Positions 9,982-19,515 are shown, numbered from the stretch's first letter. The stretch is 53,400 nucleotides of DNA from Vulcanimicrobiota bacterium (GCA_003135555.1 PLCF01000082.1:1-53400); one strand, 5' to 3'. Numbers and translations are program-made. Notes: generated from the sequence alone by a model not told the origin.

Positions 9982-11516
9982 GAGCGTGCCTTCGGCAGCG
10001 CGAGCGTGAACTCCGACCCGCGCGGCTCGCGCGGCGCGTAGCGCACCGTGCCGTCGCTCTCTTCGGCGATGCGGCGGACGATGTAGAGGCCCAACCCCGT
10101 TCCGCCGCCGGCGCGCGACGCGGTCGAGAAGCGTTCGAACAGCGCGGAGCGCATGCGCGCGTCGATCCCGTAGCCGTCGTCGCTGACGGTCACCGTGACT
10201 CGGTCGCCGGTCGAGGCCACGCCGACGGTCACCGATCCTCCCTGGGGCGTGTGCTGCAACGCGTTGGCGACCAGGTTGGCGATCGCGCGTTTGAGGTCGC
10301 CGCGCGAGGCACGCACCGCGGGTACCGTGCCTGCCGCGATGACCAGCGCGATGCCGCGCGACTGCGCCAACGCCTGCAGCTCGACGGCGATGTCGTTCAC
10401 CACCGCGGCGAGATCGACCGGCTCGGACTGCGGGCGCCGGTCGCCCGATTCGATGCGCGCCACGAGAAGCAGCGTCTCGGCGAGCCGGCGCAGGTCGTCG
10501 ATCGAAACGAGGCTTTCGCGCAACACGCTCGCATAGCGCTCGGGGAGCGCGCCGAACGCGCCGTCCGAGGCTTGGCGCAGCGTCATCGAGAGCGCCGCGA
10601 GCGGCGTGCGCAAATCGTGCGAGAGCGCGTAGACCAGATCGCGAATGACGTCTTGACGTTCGCTCAGCGCCGCGTTGCGCTCGGCGAGCTCGCCGAAAAG
10701 CCGCGCTTGGCCTAGCGCGTTAACCGCCAGCGTGGCATAGGCGCGGGCCGTCGAGACCACCGCGTCGTCCGGCGCTTCCGCGTCCGAGGTCGCGATGAGC
10801 ACGCCGAAGGTGCGGCCGTGCTCCGCGAGCGGGATGGCGAGCGCGCTGCGCGCACGCAGACGATCGAGCACGAATCTTCCGACCGGATCGACGGCGCGCA
10901 CCACCGCGACGGCACGATCGTCGAGGACGCGTTGCGCCAGCGAAACGATCTCGGACGACGGCCGTTCGTCGACGACCTCGACCTCGGCGGCACCGCCGCG
11001 CGAAGCCAGGACCTCGCCGCCGGCACCCGACGGATACCAGTACGTCGCGACCGCTTCGAGCGCCGACGGTGCCTCGCGAACGATGGCACGGATGACGACC
11101 TCGGGAGAGAGTGAACCCCGAATGCGGTCTGCCGCCGCCGACAGCGTGGCTTCGCGGCGGGCCCGCGCCTCTTGCGCCGCGAGGCGCCCGACGCGCTCCG
11201 CGCGTTCTTGCACGGCGGTGCTGAGGTATCCGACGAGCACGATCGAGAGCATCGAAAGAAGCCGGTCGCCGACGCCGATCGGCTCCCAGCGGTAGCCGTC
11301 GTGAGCGGCGTTGATGCTGGCCGCGGCGCCATCCGCCGCGAGCGCCGCGATCACCAGCCACGCGGTGAGCCGGCGGCTGCGGGTGAGTGCCGCCAGGACG
11401 ATCGGAACGTCGAGCAAGATCGCGACGACCAGCGCTTGCGGCGTCAACACGTCGATGACGAAGACCGCCGCCAAGAGCGCGAAGGCGGTGACCGCGACGG
11501 CTCGCGAACGCACCAT
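9978..11516 (-). CDS. Membrane sensor histidine kinase (about 4 TM, GAF, HisKA, HATPase); resembles the C-terminal half of KdpD
   Basis: ATG 11516 follows GAAGG. Four hydrophobic segments, LSHDLRTPL H-box, NLVANALQHT, DDGYGI, GGTGLGLYIV. The ORF-track extension to 12308 is antisense to the next gene. Confidence 0.9.
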   Translation of the reverse strand: MVRSRAVAVTAFALLAAVFVIDVLTPQALVVAILLDVPIVLAALTRSRRLTAWLVIAALAADGAAASINAAHDGYRWEPIGVGDRLLSMLSIVLVGYLSTAVQERAERVGRLAAQEARARREATLSAAADRIRGSLSPEVVIRAIVREAPSALEAVATYWYPSGAGGEVLASRGGAAEVEVVDERPSSEIVSLAQRVLDDRAVAVVRAVDPVGRFVLDRLRARSALAIPLAEHGRTFGVLIATSDAEAPDDAVVSTARAYATLAVNALGQARLFGELAERNAALSERQDVIRDLVYALSHDLRTPLAALSMTLRQASDGAFGALPERYASVLRESLVSIDDLRRLAETLLLVARIESGDRRPQSEPVDLAAVVNDIAVELQALAQSRGIALVIAAGTVPAVRASRGDLKRAIANLVANALQHTPQGGSVTVGVASTGDRVTVTVSDDGYGIDARMRSALFERFSTASRAGGGTGLGLYIVRRIAEESDGTVRYAPREPRGSEFTLALPKARS

Positions 11517-11561
11517 TGCGCCTTCGGGGAGCCTTCCGGCCGCCCTGCGAACGTCGTCGTG

Positions 11562-13655
11562 ATGCGCGACGATCGGCGGTCGGACGCCTCCGCGGTGCTG
11601 GCCGAGCTGGGGCTCACGCCGCGGCTGACGATTTACCTCGCCGGCGCGCCGGGCGCCGGGAAGACGCATCGTCTGCTGAGCGACGCGCAGCGCGAAGCGC
11701 AGGCCGGGCGCCGGGTAGCGATCGGATGGATCGAAACCAAGAACCGGCCGCAGCTCGAAGCGCTCGCCGCCGGGCTGCCGCGCATTCCGCCGCGGCGCTA
11801 CCCGCTCGCCGAGACGACGGTCGAGGACTTCGATCTCGACGCCGCTCTGGCGAGTGACTTCGAGACGATCGTTTTGGACGAGCTCGCGCACGCGAACCCG
11901 CCCGGCGCCGCGCACGCGAAGCGCTGGCAGGATGCGCAGGCCCTGCGTGACGCGGGAAAATCGGTGCTCGGGGCGTTCAACGTGATGCACCTCGACACGG
12001 TGGCGCCGGTCGCCGAGCGCATCATCGGCTACCCGGTCCGCGAGCTCGTTCCGGTAGCATTCCTGCGTGCCGCCGATCGCGTGATCGCTCTTGACGTCGC
12101 CCCCTCGATACTCGAATCGCGGCTGCGCACCGGCCGCATCGTGCGCGATGAGGACGTCGAACGCGCCGCCGCAGGGGTCTTTGCGCCCAAGAATCTGAGC
12201 ATGATGCGCGAGCTGCTCTTGCGCGTCGTGGACGATCTCACCATTCCGGTCGTCGCACCGAGCAAGGTCTCCATCGCACTCGCCGTGGTCGCCGGCATCG
12301 GCGACCACGAGCCGTTCATGCGCCGGGCGGCGGCTTTCGCCGACGCGCTCGATCTAGCTCTGGAGTGCACCGCGGTCGACGCCGCCGACGTGCACCACTT
12401 CGCCGAGGCCGCGGCTCGGGTCGACGGCGGCGCGATCCCGCTCCCCGCGGGGTTGGCGGGCGGCGACCTGCGCGCAGTGCGCGCCTCGGTCGTGATCGTA
12501 CCGTTCGGCGCATTGGCCGGCCGAATCCTGACGCAACCGCTCGACCGCGACCTGCTCGTCGTCGATCCCCTGCGAAACACGCTGCCGCGGGCGTACGAAG
12601 CCGTGCGCCATCCCTATACCGCGGCGCTGGGTGACCGGCTGCGCATCGGTTACGGCACGCTGACCATCTACTTGGGTGCGGTGGCGGGAAGCGGAAAGAC
12701 GTACGCGATGCTCGACCGGGCCCACCAGCTCATCGAGGAAGGCATCGACGTGGTTGCGGCATTGGTCGAGACGCACGGTCGCGCCGAAACGGCGGCGCTG
12801 CTCGAGGGGATCGAGCAGATTCCGCGATTGGCGAACGGCGAGATCGATCTGGAGACCCTCCTGGAGCGACACCCCAAGGTCGCCTTGATCGACGAGCTCG
12901 CGCACACCAACGAAGGCGCCGGCGCGCGCGCGAAGCGCTACGACGACGTGATCGCCGTCTTGCGCAGCGGCGTCAGCGTCATCACGACGCTCAACGTGCA
13001 GCACTTCGAGGGCGTCGGCGACGCCGTCCAACGGCTGACCGGGACGCGGGTTCGCGAGACGCTCCCCGACAGCGTGCTCGAACTCGCCGACGAGGTCGTC
13101 TTCATCGACGTCACGCCCGACGTGCTCCGGCAGCGGCTGCGCGAAGGGAAGATCTATCCGGCCGAGCGCGTCGAGACGGCTCTGCAAAACTTTTTCCGCA
13201 CCGAGAACCTGGCGGCGTTGCGCGAGCTGACCGTGCGCGAGATCCTGCGGGCCCGGTCGGAACGGCGCCGCGAACGGCCGTTCGCGCGCATCGTCCTGGG
13301 CGTCGCGCCGCGCGCACGCGACGCCGCGTTGATCGGACGCGTGGGCCGGCTCGCGCGCCGGCTCGACGTGGACCTGCGCGTCGTCGTCGTGACCTCACGC
13401 GACGACGACGAGCTGCGCGCGATCGTCGACGTGCTGGCCCGCGCGGCCGGCACCGCGAAAGCGAGCTTCCTGGCCGACGTTGCCCCCGACCCGGCCGTTT
13501 GCGTGGCCCAGATGCTGTCCGATGGGGATGTCGTCGCGGTAGAGTCCCCGCGCCGGCGGCGCGGCTGGTTCGGGAAGCGGTCGTTCGCGGTGCGGCTGCT
13601 TGCCGCCGGAGCGCGCGAGATGCTCGTCCTCGCGCCGCACGAGGTTTCGGTTTAG
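11562..13655 (+). CDS. kdpD: Soluble protein with two tandem KdpD N-terminal sensor (+Usp-like) modules; no TM or kinase domain
   Basis: Copy 1: IYLAGAPGAGKT, DELAHAN. Copy 2: IYLGAVAGSGKTYAML, ETHGRAET, DELAHTN, TTLNVQH, ALQNFFRTENLAALREL. Confidence 0.88.
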   Translation: MRDDRRSDASAVLAELGLTPRLTIYLAGAPGAGKTHRLLSDAQREAQAGRRVAIGWIETKNRPQLEALAAGLPRIPPRRYPLAETTVEDFDLDAALASDFETIVLDELAHANPPGAAHAKRWQDAQALRDAGKSVLGAFNVMHLDTVAPVAERIIGYPVRELVPVAFLRAADRVIALDVAPSILESRLRTGRIVRDEDVERAAAGVFAPKNLSMMRELLLRVVDDLTIPVVAPSKVSIALAVVAGIGDHEPFMRRAAAFADALDLALECTAVDAADVHHFAEAAARVDGGAIPLPAGLAGGDLRAVRASVVIVPFGALAGRILTQPLDRDLLVVDPLRNTLPRAYEAVRHPYTAALGDRLRIGYGTLTIYLGAVAGSGKTYAMLDRAHQLIEEGIDVVAALVETHGRAETAALLEGIEQIPRLANGEIDLETLLERHPKVALIDELAHTNEGAGARAKRYDDVIAVLRSGVSVITTLNVQHFEGVGDAVQRLTGTRVRETLPDSVLELADEVVFIDVTPDVLRQRLREGKIYPAERVETALQNFFRTENLAALRELTVREILRARSERRRERPFARIVLGVAPRARDAALIGRVGRLARRLDVDLRVVVVTSRDDDELRAIVDVLARAAGTAKASFLADVAPDPAVCVAQMLSDGDVVAVESPRRRRGWFGKRSFAVRLLAAGAREMLVLAPHEVSV

Positions 13656-14512
13656 AGGTAATAGCTCAAACCGAAGCCGACCCCATGATACTTGCCGGTC
13701 GAGACGGTCGGCGACGTGCTCGCCGAGGCGTCGAGCTGCAAGCGTGGACCGAGGTCGTGGTAGAGGCCGTAGATGTACTGGGTGCGGGTCGGCGTCCCCG
13801 GGCCGTTGGCCAGCGAGAACTGCGCGATCTCGGTGAAGAGCCCCGTCGAGTTGGGCAGCGTCGCGCTCACGACGAACGACGGGACGAACGAGGACCAGCG
13901 CTGCGTGCCGTTGGTCAGCGACTGCGATTGCAGCGTCGTCGCGACCGAGAACACCGGCGAGAGCGTGTAGCCGGCGTTGAGCGCGTACACCGCCGTCGAA
14001 CCGTTCGCGGACGTCCCGTTCGTGCCGGTCGGCACGGTGAAGAAGACCTGGCCGCCGTAATTGAACTTCGCGGTGTAGCCGAAGACGTACTTGAGCCCGG
14101 CGCCGACGTCGCTCGAGCCGACCGTCGCCGGCGAGCCGCCGGCGCTCGAGCGAACGAGCTGCGGGGGCGACACCTGGAACTCGAGCGCCGGAATCTTCGT
14201 GCCCACGCGGATCAGCGTCTGCGGGTACGTCACGGTGTTCCCGGTCCCGGGGGTGGTCGTGTTGAGATAGCCGGTCTCGATCTCGACGTGGTTGGGGCGG
14301 ACGGTGCACACGGAGTTCGTCACGGACGGCCGGGTGACGATCGCGGAGATCGACGTGCACGGGTCGTTGTTGCCCAGCGCCGGTCCGATCGGATTCGGCG
14401 CCGGGGTCGGCGATGCGGTGGGCGCCGGTGCGGGCACGGTCTGCGCGGTCACGGTGAGCGGGATGAGCGAAACCAGGGCCGCGGCGACCATCGCCGTCGA
14501 GGGACGAATCAC
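13652..14512 (-). CDS. Secreted, probable outer-membrane beta-barrel / porin-like protein; last gene of the kdp operon
   Basis: GTG start overlaps the kdpC TGA (GTGA) with AAGGAG upstream. Signal peptide, Pro-rich linker, alternating beta-strand pattern, C-terminal GVGFGLSYYL. Confidence 0.7.
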   Translation of the reverse strand: MIRPSTAMVAAALVSLIPLTVTAQTVPAPAPTASPTPAPNPIGPALGNNDPCTSISAIVTRPSVTNSVCTVRPNHVEIETGYLNTTTPGTGNTVTYPQTLIRVGTKIPALEFQVSPPQLVRSSAGGSPATVGSSDVGAGLKYVFGYTAKFNYGGQVFFTVPTGTNGTSANGSTAVYALNAGYTLSPVFSVATTLQSQSLTNGTQRWSSFVPSFVVSATLPNSTGLFTEIAQFSLANGPGTPTRTQYIYGLYHDLGPRLQLDASASTSPTVSTGKYHGVGFGLSYYL

Positions 14513-15129
14513 GTGCTTAGGGCTCCTTGCGCGTCGAGCGCGCGGTTCAGTTCGAAGACGTTGACGTGCGGCTCACCCAGCAGCCCGAACTGGCGCGGGA
14601 TGACGTGCGCGGCGACGAGGCTGCGCAGGCGCTCGATCGAGACGCCACGCGCTTTCGCGACGCGCGGCACCTGGTAGTACGCACCCTCCGGCGAGATGTC
14701 GGGATCGATCCCGCTCGCGCTCGAAGTGACCAGGTCCATCGGCACCGGGCCGGTCGCATCCGGATTGGCCTTGCGCAGCGCCGCGATCGTGCTGCGCGTG
14801 CCGTCGATGAGCTTCTTGCTGGTCGGGCCGAAGTTCGTTCCACCCGTCGACGTCGGATCGTAGCCCTTGCCGGCGGCCGACGGACGGCCCCCGAAGTACT
14901 GGGGCTTGGTCCAGTTCTGCCCGACCAGCTCCGAACCGATCAGCTTGCCGCTCTGGTCGAAGACGAGCGAGCCTTGCGCCTGGTGGTGGAACAACGCCGT
15001 GCCGATCCCCCAGATCACGAGCGGATAGATCAGTCCGAGCGCGACCACGGAGACGACGGTATACAGCACCGAGGTGACGATGTGACGCAGCGTCCCCTCG
15101 CGGGTCTCGGGGGTCTGAACAGTCGACAT
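14509..15129 (-). CDS. kdpC: K+-transporting ATPase subunit C
   Basis: GLIYPLVIWGI, GSELVGQ, YFGGRPSAAG, DLVTSSASGIDPDIS, GEPHVNVFELNRALD. Confidence 0.97.
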   Translation of the reverse strand: MSTVQTPETREGTLRHIVTSVLYTVVSVVALGLIYPLVIWGIGTALFHHQAQGSLVFDQSGKLIGSELVGQNWTKPQYFGGRPSAAGKGYDPTSTGGTNFGPTSKKLIDGTRSTIAALRKANPDATGPVPMDLVTSSASGIDPDISPEGAYYQVPRVAKARGVSIERLRSLVAAHVIPRQFGLLGEPHVNVFELNRALDAQGALST

Positions 15130-17186
15130 CAGTGCGCTCCCGTGAGATGGAGTCCGACCAGGATCAGATCGATCGCCTTGATCCCGATGAACGGCACGAT
15201 GATCCCGCCCAGGCCGTAGATCAGGACGTTCTCGCGCAGCACGGCATCGGCGCCGCGCGGACGGTACGGAACGCCGCGCAAGGCCAGCGGGATGAGCGCG
15301 ACGATGATCAGCGCGTTGAAGATGATCGCCGAGAGGATGGCACTCTGATGGGTCGCGAGCCGCATCACGTTGAGCGCGTCCATCGCCGGGTAGGTAGCCG
15401 CAAACATCGCCGGCAGGATCGCGAAGTACTTCGCTATGTCGTTGGCGATCGAAAACGTCGTCAGCGAACCGCGCGTCATCAGCAGCTGCTTGCCGATCTC
15501 GACGACCTCGATGAGTTTGGTCGGATCCGAGTCGAGATCGACCATATTGGCCGCCTCTTTGGCCGCCTGCGTCCCGGTGTTCATCGCGACGCCGACGTCG
15601 GCTTGGGCCAAGGCCGGGGCGTCGTTCGTGCCGTCACCGGTCATTGCGACCAGCCGGCCCTCGCTCTGCTCGCGCCGGATGAGGGACATCTTCGTTTCGG
15701 GGGTTGCCTCGGCAAGGAAGTCGTCGACACCGGCGTCACGGGCGATGGCGCTCGCGGTCAGCGGGTTGTCGCCGGTGATCATCACGGTGCGAATGCCCAT
15801 GGCCCGTAGGCGGTCGAAGCGCACCCGCATGTTCGGCTTGAGGATGTCGCGCAACCCGATCATGCCCAGGATGCGATTCCCGTCGGCCACGAGCAGCGGC
15901 GTGCCGCCGGCGCGCGCGACCCGCTCGACCTCGGCGCTCAGAACGTCGGTCGCGACCGCTGCGCCGGCCGCAGCAGCGTTCTGGGAGACCCAGCCGCGTA
16001 CCGCATCGGGTGCGCCCTTTCGCGACCGAGCACCATCGGCGTAGTCGACGCCCGACATGCGCGTGTACGCGCTGAACGGAACGACGACGGCACCAGCCGG
16101 CAGCGCGGCCGCGTCGGCGGTCAGCCCGATATGGCTCCCGGCAAGCAGCACGATCGAACGGCCTTCCGGCGTTTCGTCGGCGAGCGAAGCGAAGTATGCC
16201 ACACGGTGGAGCTCGGCCTCGACGACCCCCGGCGCGGGGATGATCTCCGTCGCTTGGCGGTTGCCGAGCGTGATCGTCCCGGTCTTGTCGAGCAGCAGCG
16301 TGTCGACGTCGCCGGCGGCTTCGACGGCCCGGCCCGACATCGCCAGGATGTTGCGCTGCAGCACCCGGTCCATCCCCGCGATGCCGATTGCGCTGAGCAG
16401 CCCGCCGATCGTGGTCGGGATCAGGCACACCAACAGCGCGATCAGCACGACGACGCTGGGCGTCGCGCCGGCGTAGATCGAAAACGGCGCGAGCGTCGCG
16501 ACCGCGATCACGAAGATGATGGTGAGGCCGGCGAGCAGGATCGAGAGCGCGATCTCGTTGGGCGTCTTTTGCCGCTGAGCGCCTTCGACGAGCGCGATCA
16601 TGCGATCGAGGAACGTTTCACCGGGGTTGGCGCTGACGACGTAGACGATGCGGTCGGAAAGGACGCGCGTCCCGCCGGTAACCGAGGAGCGGTCGCCGCC
16701 GGCTTCGCGAATCACCGGAGCGGACTCGCCGGTGATCGCCGATTCATCGACCGTGGCCGCACCCTCGACGATCTCGCCGTCGGTCGCGATGAGGTCGTTC
16801 GCCTCGGCCACGACGCGATCGCCGCGCCGCAGGCTCTCCGCCGGAATCCGAGCTTCGACCCCGTCCGTGAGGCGCCGCGCGGTGGTCTCGGTCTTGGTGC
16901 GGCGCAAGTACTCGGCTTGCGCCTTGCCGCGGCCTTCGGCCATGGCTTCCGCAAAATTCGCGAACAGCACGGTGAACCACAGCCAGGCCGAGATCGCGAC
17001 GTCGAACGAAGCTTGCCCGTTACGCAGGTCACGGAGGGCGAAGAAGATCGAGACGAGGGCGCCGACTTCGACGATGAACATGACCGGGTTACGGAGCTGC
17101 ACCCGCGGGTCGAGCTTGACGAACGACTGCCAAACCGCCGGCCAGAGGATCTCGGGATCGAGCAGCGAGCGTGCACGCGTAGCCAT
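15129..17186 (-). CDS. kdpB: K+-transporting P-type ATPase subunit B
   Basis: [20 protein letters not shown] phosphorylation motif, [17 protein letters not shown]. Confidence 0.98.
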   Translation of the reverse strand: MATRARSLLDPEILWPAVWQSFVKLDPRVQLRNPVMFIVEVGALVSIFFALRDLRNGQASFDVAISAWLWFTVLFANFAEAMAEGRGKAQAEYLRRTKTETTARRLTDGVEARIPAESLRRGDRVVAEANDLIATDGEIVEGAATVDESAITGESAPVIREAGGDRSSVTGGTRVLSDRIVYVVSANPGETFLDRMIALVEGAQRQKTPNEIALSILLAGLTIIFVIAVATLAPFSIYAGATPSVVVLIALLVCLIPTTIGGLLSAIGIAGMDRVLQRNILAMSGRAVEAAGDVDTLLLDKTGTITLGNRQATEIIPAPGVVEAELHRVAYFASLADETPEGRSIVLLAGSHIGLTADAAALPAGAVVVPFSAYTRMSGVDYADGARSRKGAPDAVRGWVSQNAAAAGAAVATDVLSAEVERVARAGGTPLLVADGNRILGMIGLRDILKPNMRVRFDRLRAMGIRTVMITGDNPLTASAIARDAGVDDFLAEATPETKMSLIRREQSEGRLVAMTGDGTNDAPALAQADVGVAMNTGTQAAKEAANMVDLDSDPTKLIEVVEIGKQLLMTRGSLTTFSIANDIAKYFAILPAMFAATYPAMDALNVMRLATHQSAILSAIIFNALIIVALIPLALRGVPYRPRGADAVLRENVLIYGLGGIIVPFIGIKAIDLILVGLHLTGAH

Positions 17187-17275
17187 TAGGATTCGGCCTC
17201 CTGAGGGAGTCCGAACCCTCCTCGGCTACGCCTCGTCAACGACATGAACTGCGCCGCGAAAGGCTTGGTGGTCAT
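17186..17275 (-). CDS. Putative 29-aa coupling peptide between kdpA and kdpB ([29 protein letters not shown])
   Basis: ATG directly follows the kdpA TAG, and its TAA overlaps the kdpB ATG (TAATG). It fills the 89-nt gap exactly. Confidence 0.45.
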   Translation of the reverse strand: MTTKPFAAQFMSLTRRSRGGFGLPQEAES

Positions 17276-18976
17276 CTAGAAGGTCTTTCCTTGGAGGTTC
17301 AGGAGGTGCTCGACGATCGGCCCCAGCGCGTCGGCCGGGAAGAACGTCAGCGCGCCGACGATGACGATGACACCGATGAGCAGGACGACGAAGATCGGCG
17401 ACGTCGTCCGGAACGTTCCGGCGGTCGTCGCCACGGCTTGCTTTGCGACCAGCGAGCCGGCGAGCGCGAGCACCGGGATCATGATCGCGATGCGCCCGAA
17501 CAGCATCACGACGCCGCCCGAAATGTTCCACCACGTGTTGGGGGAGAGTCCCGCGAACGCAGAACCGTTGTTGTTCACCATCGAGGAGTAGGCGTAGAGG
17601 ATTTCACTGAAGCCGTGCGGTCCGCCGTTGTTGAGCGTCGCGGTCCCCGCGGGCAGGACCGATGCGATCCCGGCGGGGACGAGCGCGAACACCGGAACGA
17701 TGAGCGCCGCGAGGATGGCGAGCTGCACCTCGCGCCGCTCGATCTTCTTTCCGAGATACTCGGGCGTGCGGCCCACCATGAGCCCGGCGATGAAGACCGT
17801 CAAGACGGCGTAGTAGATGATCCCGTAGAATCCCGAACCGACGCCGCCGAAGACGACCTCCCCCATCTGCATGTTGAACAGCGGGATCAGCCCGCCCAGT
17901 GCGGTGAACGAATCGTGCATTGCGTTGACCGCGCCGCACGACGTACCGGTCGTCATCGTCGCGAACAGGGCCGACGCGGCAATCCCGAAGCGCGTCTCCT
18001 TGCCTTCCATGTTCGCGCCGGCCACACCGAGAGCGTGAACGGCCGGATTGCCGGCGGCCTCGGCGGCGTACGCCGCGACGAACCCGCCGACGAACAGCGT
18101 CGTCATCGCGGCGAAGAGCGCCCACCCTTGACGCTGGTCCTTGACGTAGCGCCCGAACGTGTACGTCAGCGCTCCGCCCAACATGAAGATGCAGACGAGC
18201 TCGATGAGGTTGCTCAGGCCGGTCGGGTTCTCCCAGGGCGACGCCGAGTTGGCGTTCACGAAACCGCCGCCGTTCGTTCCCAGCTCCTTGATGATCTCTT
18301 GCGAGGCCATCGGCCCCATCGGGATCGACTGCTTCGCGCTTTCCATCGTCGTTGCGGTGGGGTACGCGTCGAAGTTCTGCGGGACGCCCTGCCAGAGCAG
18401 CACCAGCGCGCCGACGAATGCGATCGGCAGCAGCACGTACAGGGTGCAGCGGGTGAGGTCGACCCAGAAGTTTCCGATCGTACTCATCTGGCGGCGCGCC
18501 AGTGCCCGCATCAAGGCGATAGCGATCGCGATTCCCATACCCGCGGAGACGAAGTTGTGCCAGGCGAGCCCGGCCATCTGCGAGAGATAGCTCATCGTCG
18601 ACTCGCCGCTGTAGAACTGCCAGTTCGTATTCGTCATGAACGAGATGGCGGTGTTCCAGGCGAGATCGGGGGCGAGGTTGCCGAAGCCTTGCGGATTGAG
18701 CGGTAGAAACGCCTGGAGCCGCAACAGCGCGTACAGGTAGGCGAAGCTCACCAGCGAGAACGCGATCACCGCGAACGCGTAGCCCTTCCACCCCATCTCG
18801 CGCGCCGGGTTGATGCGGCACAAGCGATAGATGAGACGCTCTACCGGTCCGATGACCGGCGTGAGGAAAACGCGTTCGCCCTCGAATACGCGCGCCATGT
18901 ACGCGCCGACCGGTTTCACCAGGAGGCACACGAGCGCAAAGACCAGAGCGGCCTGGAGCCACCCGACGATCGTCAT
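17276..18976 (-). CDS. kdpA: K+-transporting ATPase subunit A
   Basis: SFMTNTNWQFYSGE, KELGTNGGGF, TSCGAVNAMHDS, GRTPEYLGKKI, NNNGSAFAGL; GAGGAG upstream. Confidence 0.98.
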   Translation of the reverse strand: MTIVGWLQAALVFALVCLLVKPVGAYMARVFEGERVFLTPVIGPVERLIYRLCRINPAREMGWKGYAFAVIAFSLVSFAYLYALLRLQAFLPLNPQGFGNLAPDLAWNTAISFMTNTNWQFYSGESTMSYLSQMAGLAWHNFVSAGMGIAIAIALMRALARRQMSTIGNFWVDLTRCTLYVLLPIAFVGALVLLWQGVPQNFDAYPTATTMESAKQSIPMGPMASQEIIKELGTNGGGFVNANSASPWENPTGLSNLIELVCIFMLGGALTYTFGRYVKDQRQGWALFAAMTTLFVGGFVAAYAAEAAGNPAVHALGVAGANMEGKETRFGIAASALFATMTTGTSCGAVNAMHDSFTALGGLIPLFNMQMGEVVFGGVGSGFYGIIYYAVLTVFIAGLMVGRTPEYLGKKIERREVQLAILAALIVPVFALVPAGIASVLPAGTATLNNGGPHGFSEILYAYSSMVNNNGSAFAGLSPNTWWNISGGVVMLFGRIAIMIPVLALAGSLVAKQAVATTAGTFRTTSPIFVVLLIGVIVIVGALTFFPADALGPIVEHLLNLQGKTF

Positions 18977-18988
18977 GGTGCTAACTCC

Positions 18989-19078
18989 TCAGAAACGTTC
19001 GGGGCGCAGCATCGCATAGGTCAGATACACCAGCGCGCCGATGGCCAAGATCAGGCCGATGATGAGGTCCGCAGTCAT
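18989..19078 (-). CDS. kdpF: K+-transporting ATPase subunit F (29 aa, MTADLIIGLILAIGALVYLTYAMLRPERF)
   Basis: Translated by hand. Hydrophobic helix with the canonical YL..A.LRPERF end, directly upstream of kdpA. Confidence 0.93.
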   Translation of the reverse strand: MTADLIIGLILAIGALVYLTYAMLRPERF

Positions 19079-19170
19079 ATCTTCTCGCAGCCGATCACGT
19101 ACCGGTCGAGCAGCCAGAACGAGAGCGCGGTCAGAACGAGCAGTCCGAGCTCGATCGCGATAGTGTTCAT
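19075..19170 (-). CDS. Small hydrophobic kdp-associated peptide (31 aa, MNTIAIELGLLVLTALSFWLLDRYVIGCEKI)
   Basis: GAGGTG SD-like sequence upstream, ATGA overlap with kdpF, single TM helix and a GCEKI tail. Confidence 0.75.
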   Translation of the reverse strand: MNTIAIELGLLVLTALSFWLLDRYVIGCEKI

Positions 19171-19174
19171 CGTC

Positions 19175-19261
19175 TCACCTCAACGGGATGCGCGCGGAAA
19201 GCCGATCCGCTGCCAGCGCGACGACCGGACACACTGCAATCAGGGCGACAATCCAAAGCAT
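19175..19261 (-). CDS. Small hydrophobic peptide, first ORF of the kdp operon (28 aa, MLWIVALIAVCPVVALAADRLSARIPLR; alternative ATG at 19270)
   Basis: ATG lies 7 nt after a TACCAT box (leaderless-type). Single TM helix. The stop lies 4 nt before the next ATG. Confidence 0.6.
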   Translation of the reverse strand: MLWIVALIAVCPVVALAADRLSARIPLR

Positions 19262-19268
19262 CGGATTC

Positions 19269-19324
19269 ATGGTAGCGCGACGGGACTCCGGGCGGCACCC
19301 GCCGTTCGGCCGAACCGTTCGGCT
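19269..19324 (-). promoter_or_regulatory. kdp promoter: GCCGAA-ccg-TTCGGC box (19309-19323) and -10-like TACCAT (19274-19269)
   Basis: The 24-mer at 19301-19324 matches 21483-21506 at 23/24 positions, with identical spacing to a TAnnnT hexamer. Confidence 0.7.
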
Positions 19325-19335
19325 CGGCGCGCTGC

Positions 19336-19506
19336 TCAGAAGTCCCCGTAGAGAGCGGCGTCGGCGTCGGCGTCGGCATCCGCGTCGCCGTGCCCCAAGC
19401 CTCCTTCGCGAAGCGCTCGGGACTTGGCGCGATCTAAGCTCCGCCCCACGAGACTGGACAGACCGATGACCAGCGCAGCCGACAACGCACCGATGATGAT
19501 GTCCAT
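19336..19506 (-). CDS. Small membrane protein with acidic (DA)n tail (56 aa, MDIIIGALSAALVIGLSSLVGRSLDRAKSRALREGGLGHGDADADADADAALYGDF)
   Basis: Translated by hand. N-terminal TM helix and its own promoter motif upstream. Fills the kup-kdp gap. Confidence 0.6.
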   Translation of the reverse strand: MDIIIGALSAALVIGLSSLVGRSLDRAKSRALREGGLGHGDADADADADAALYGDF

Positions 19507-19515
19507 GGCGTCGCC

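Noticed and set aside
11517..12308. 776-aa version of the kinase and 827-aa version of the KdpD protein (start 11172) in the ORF track
   Set aside because: Each extension is the antisense reading of the other gene. Plausible starts are 11516 (-) and 11562 (+).
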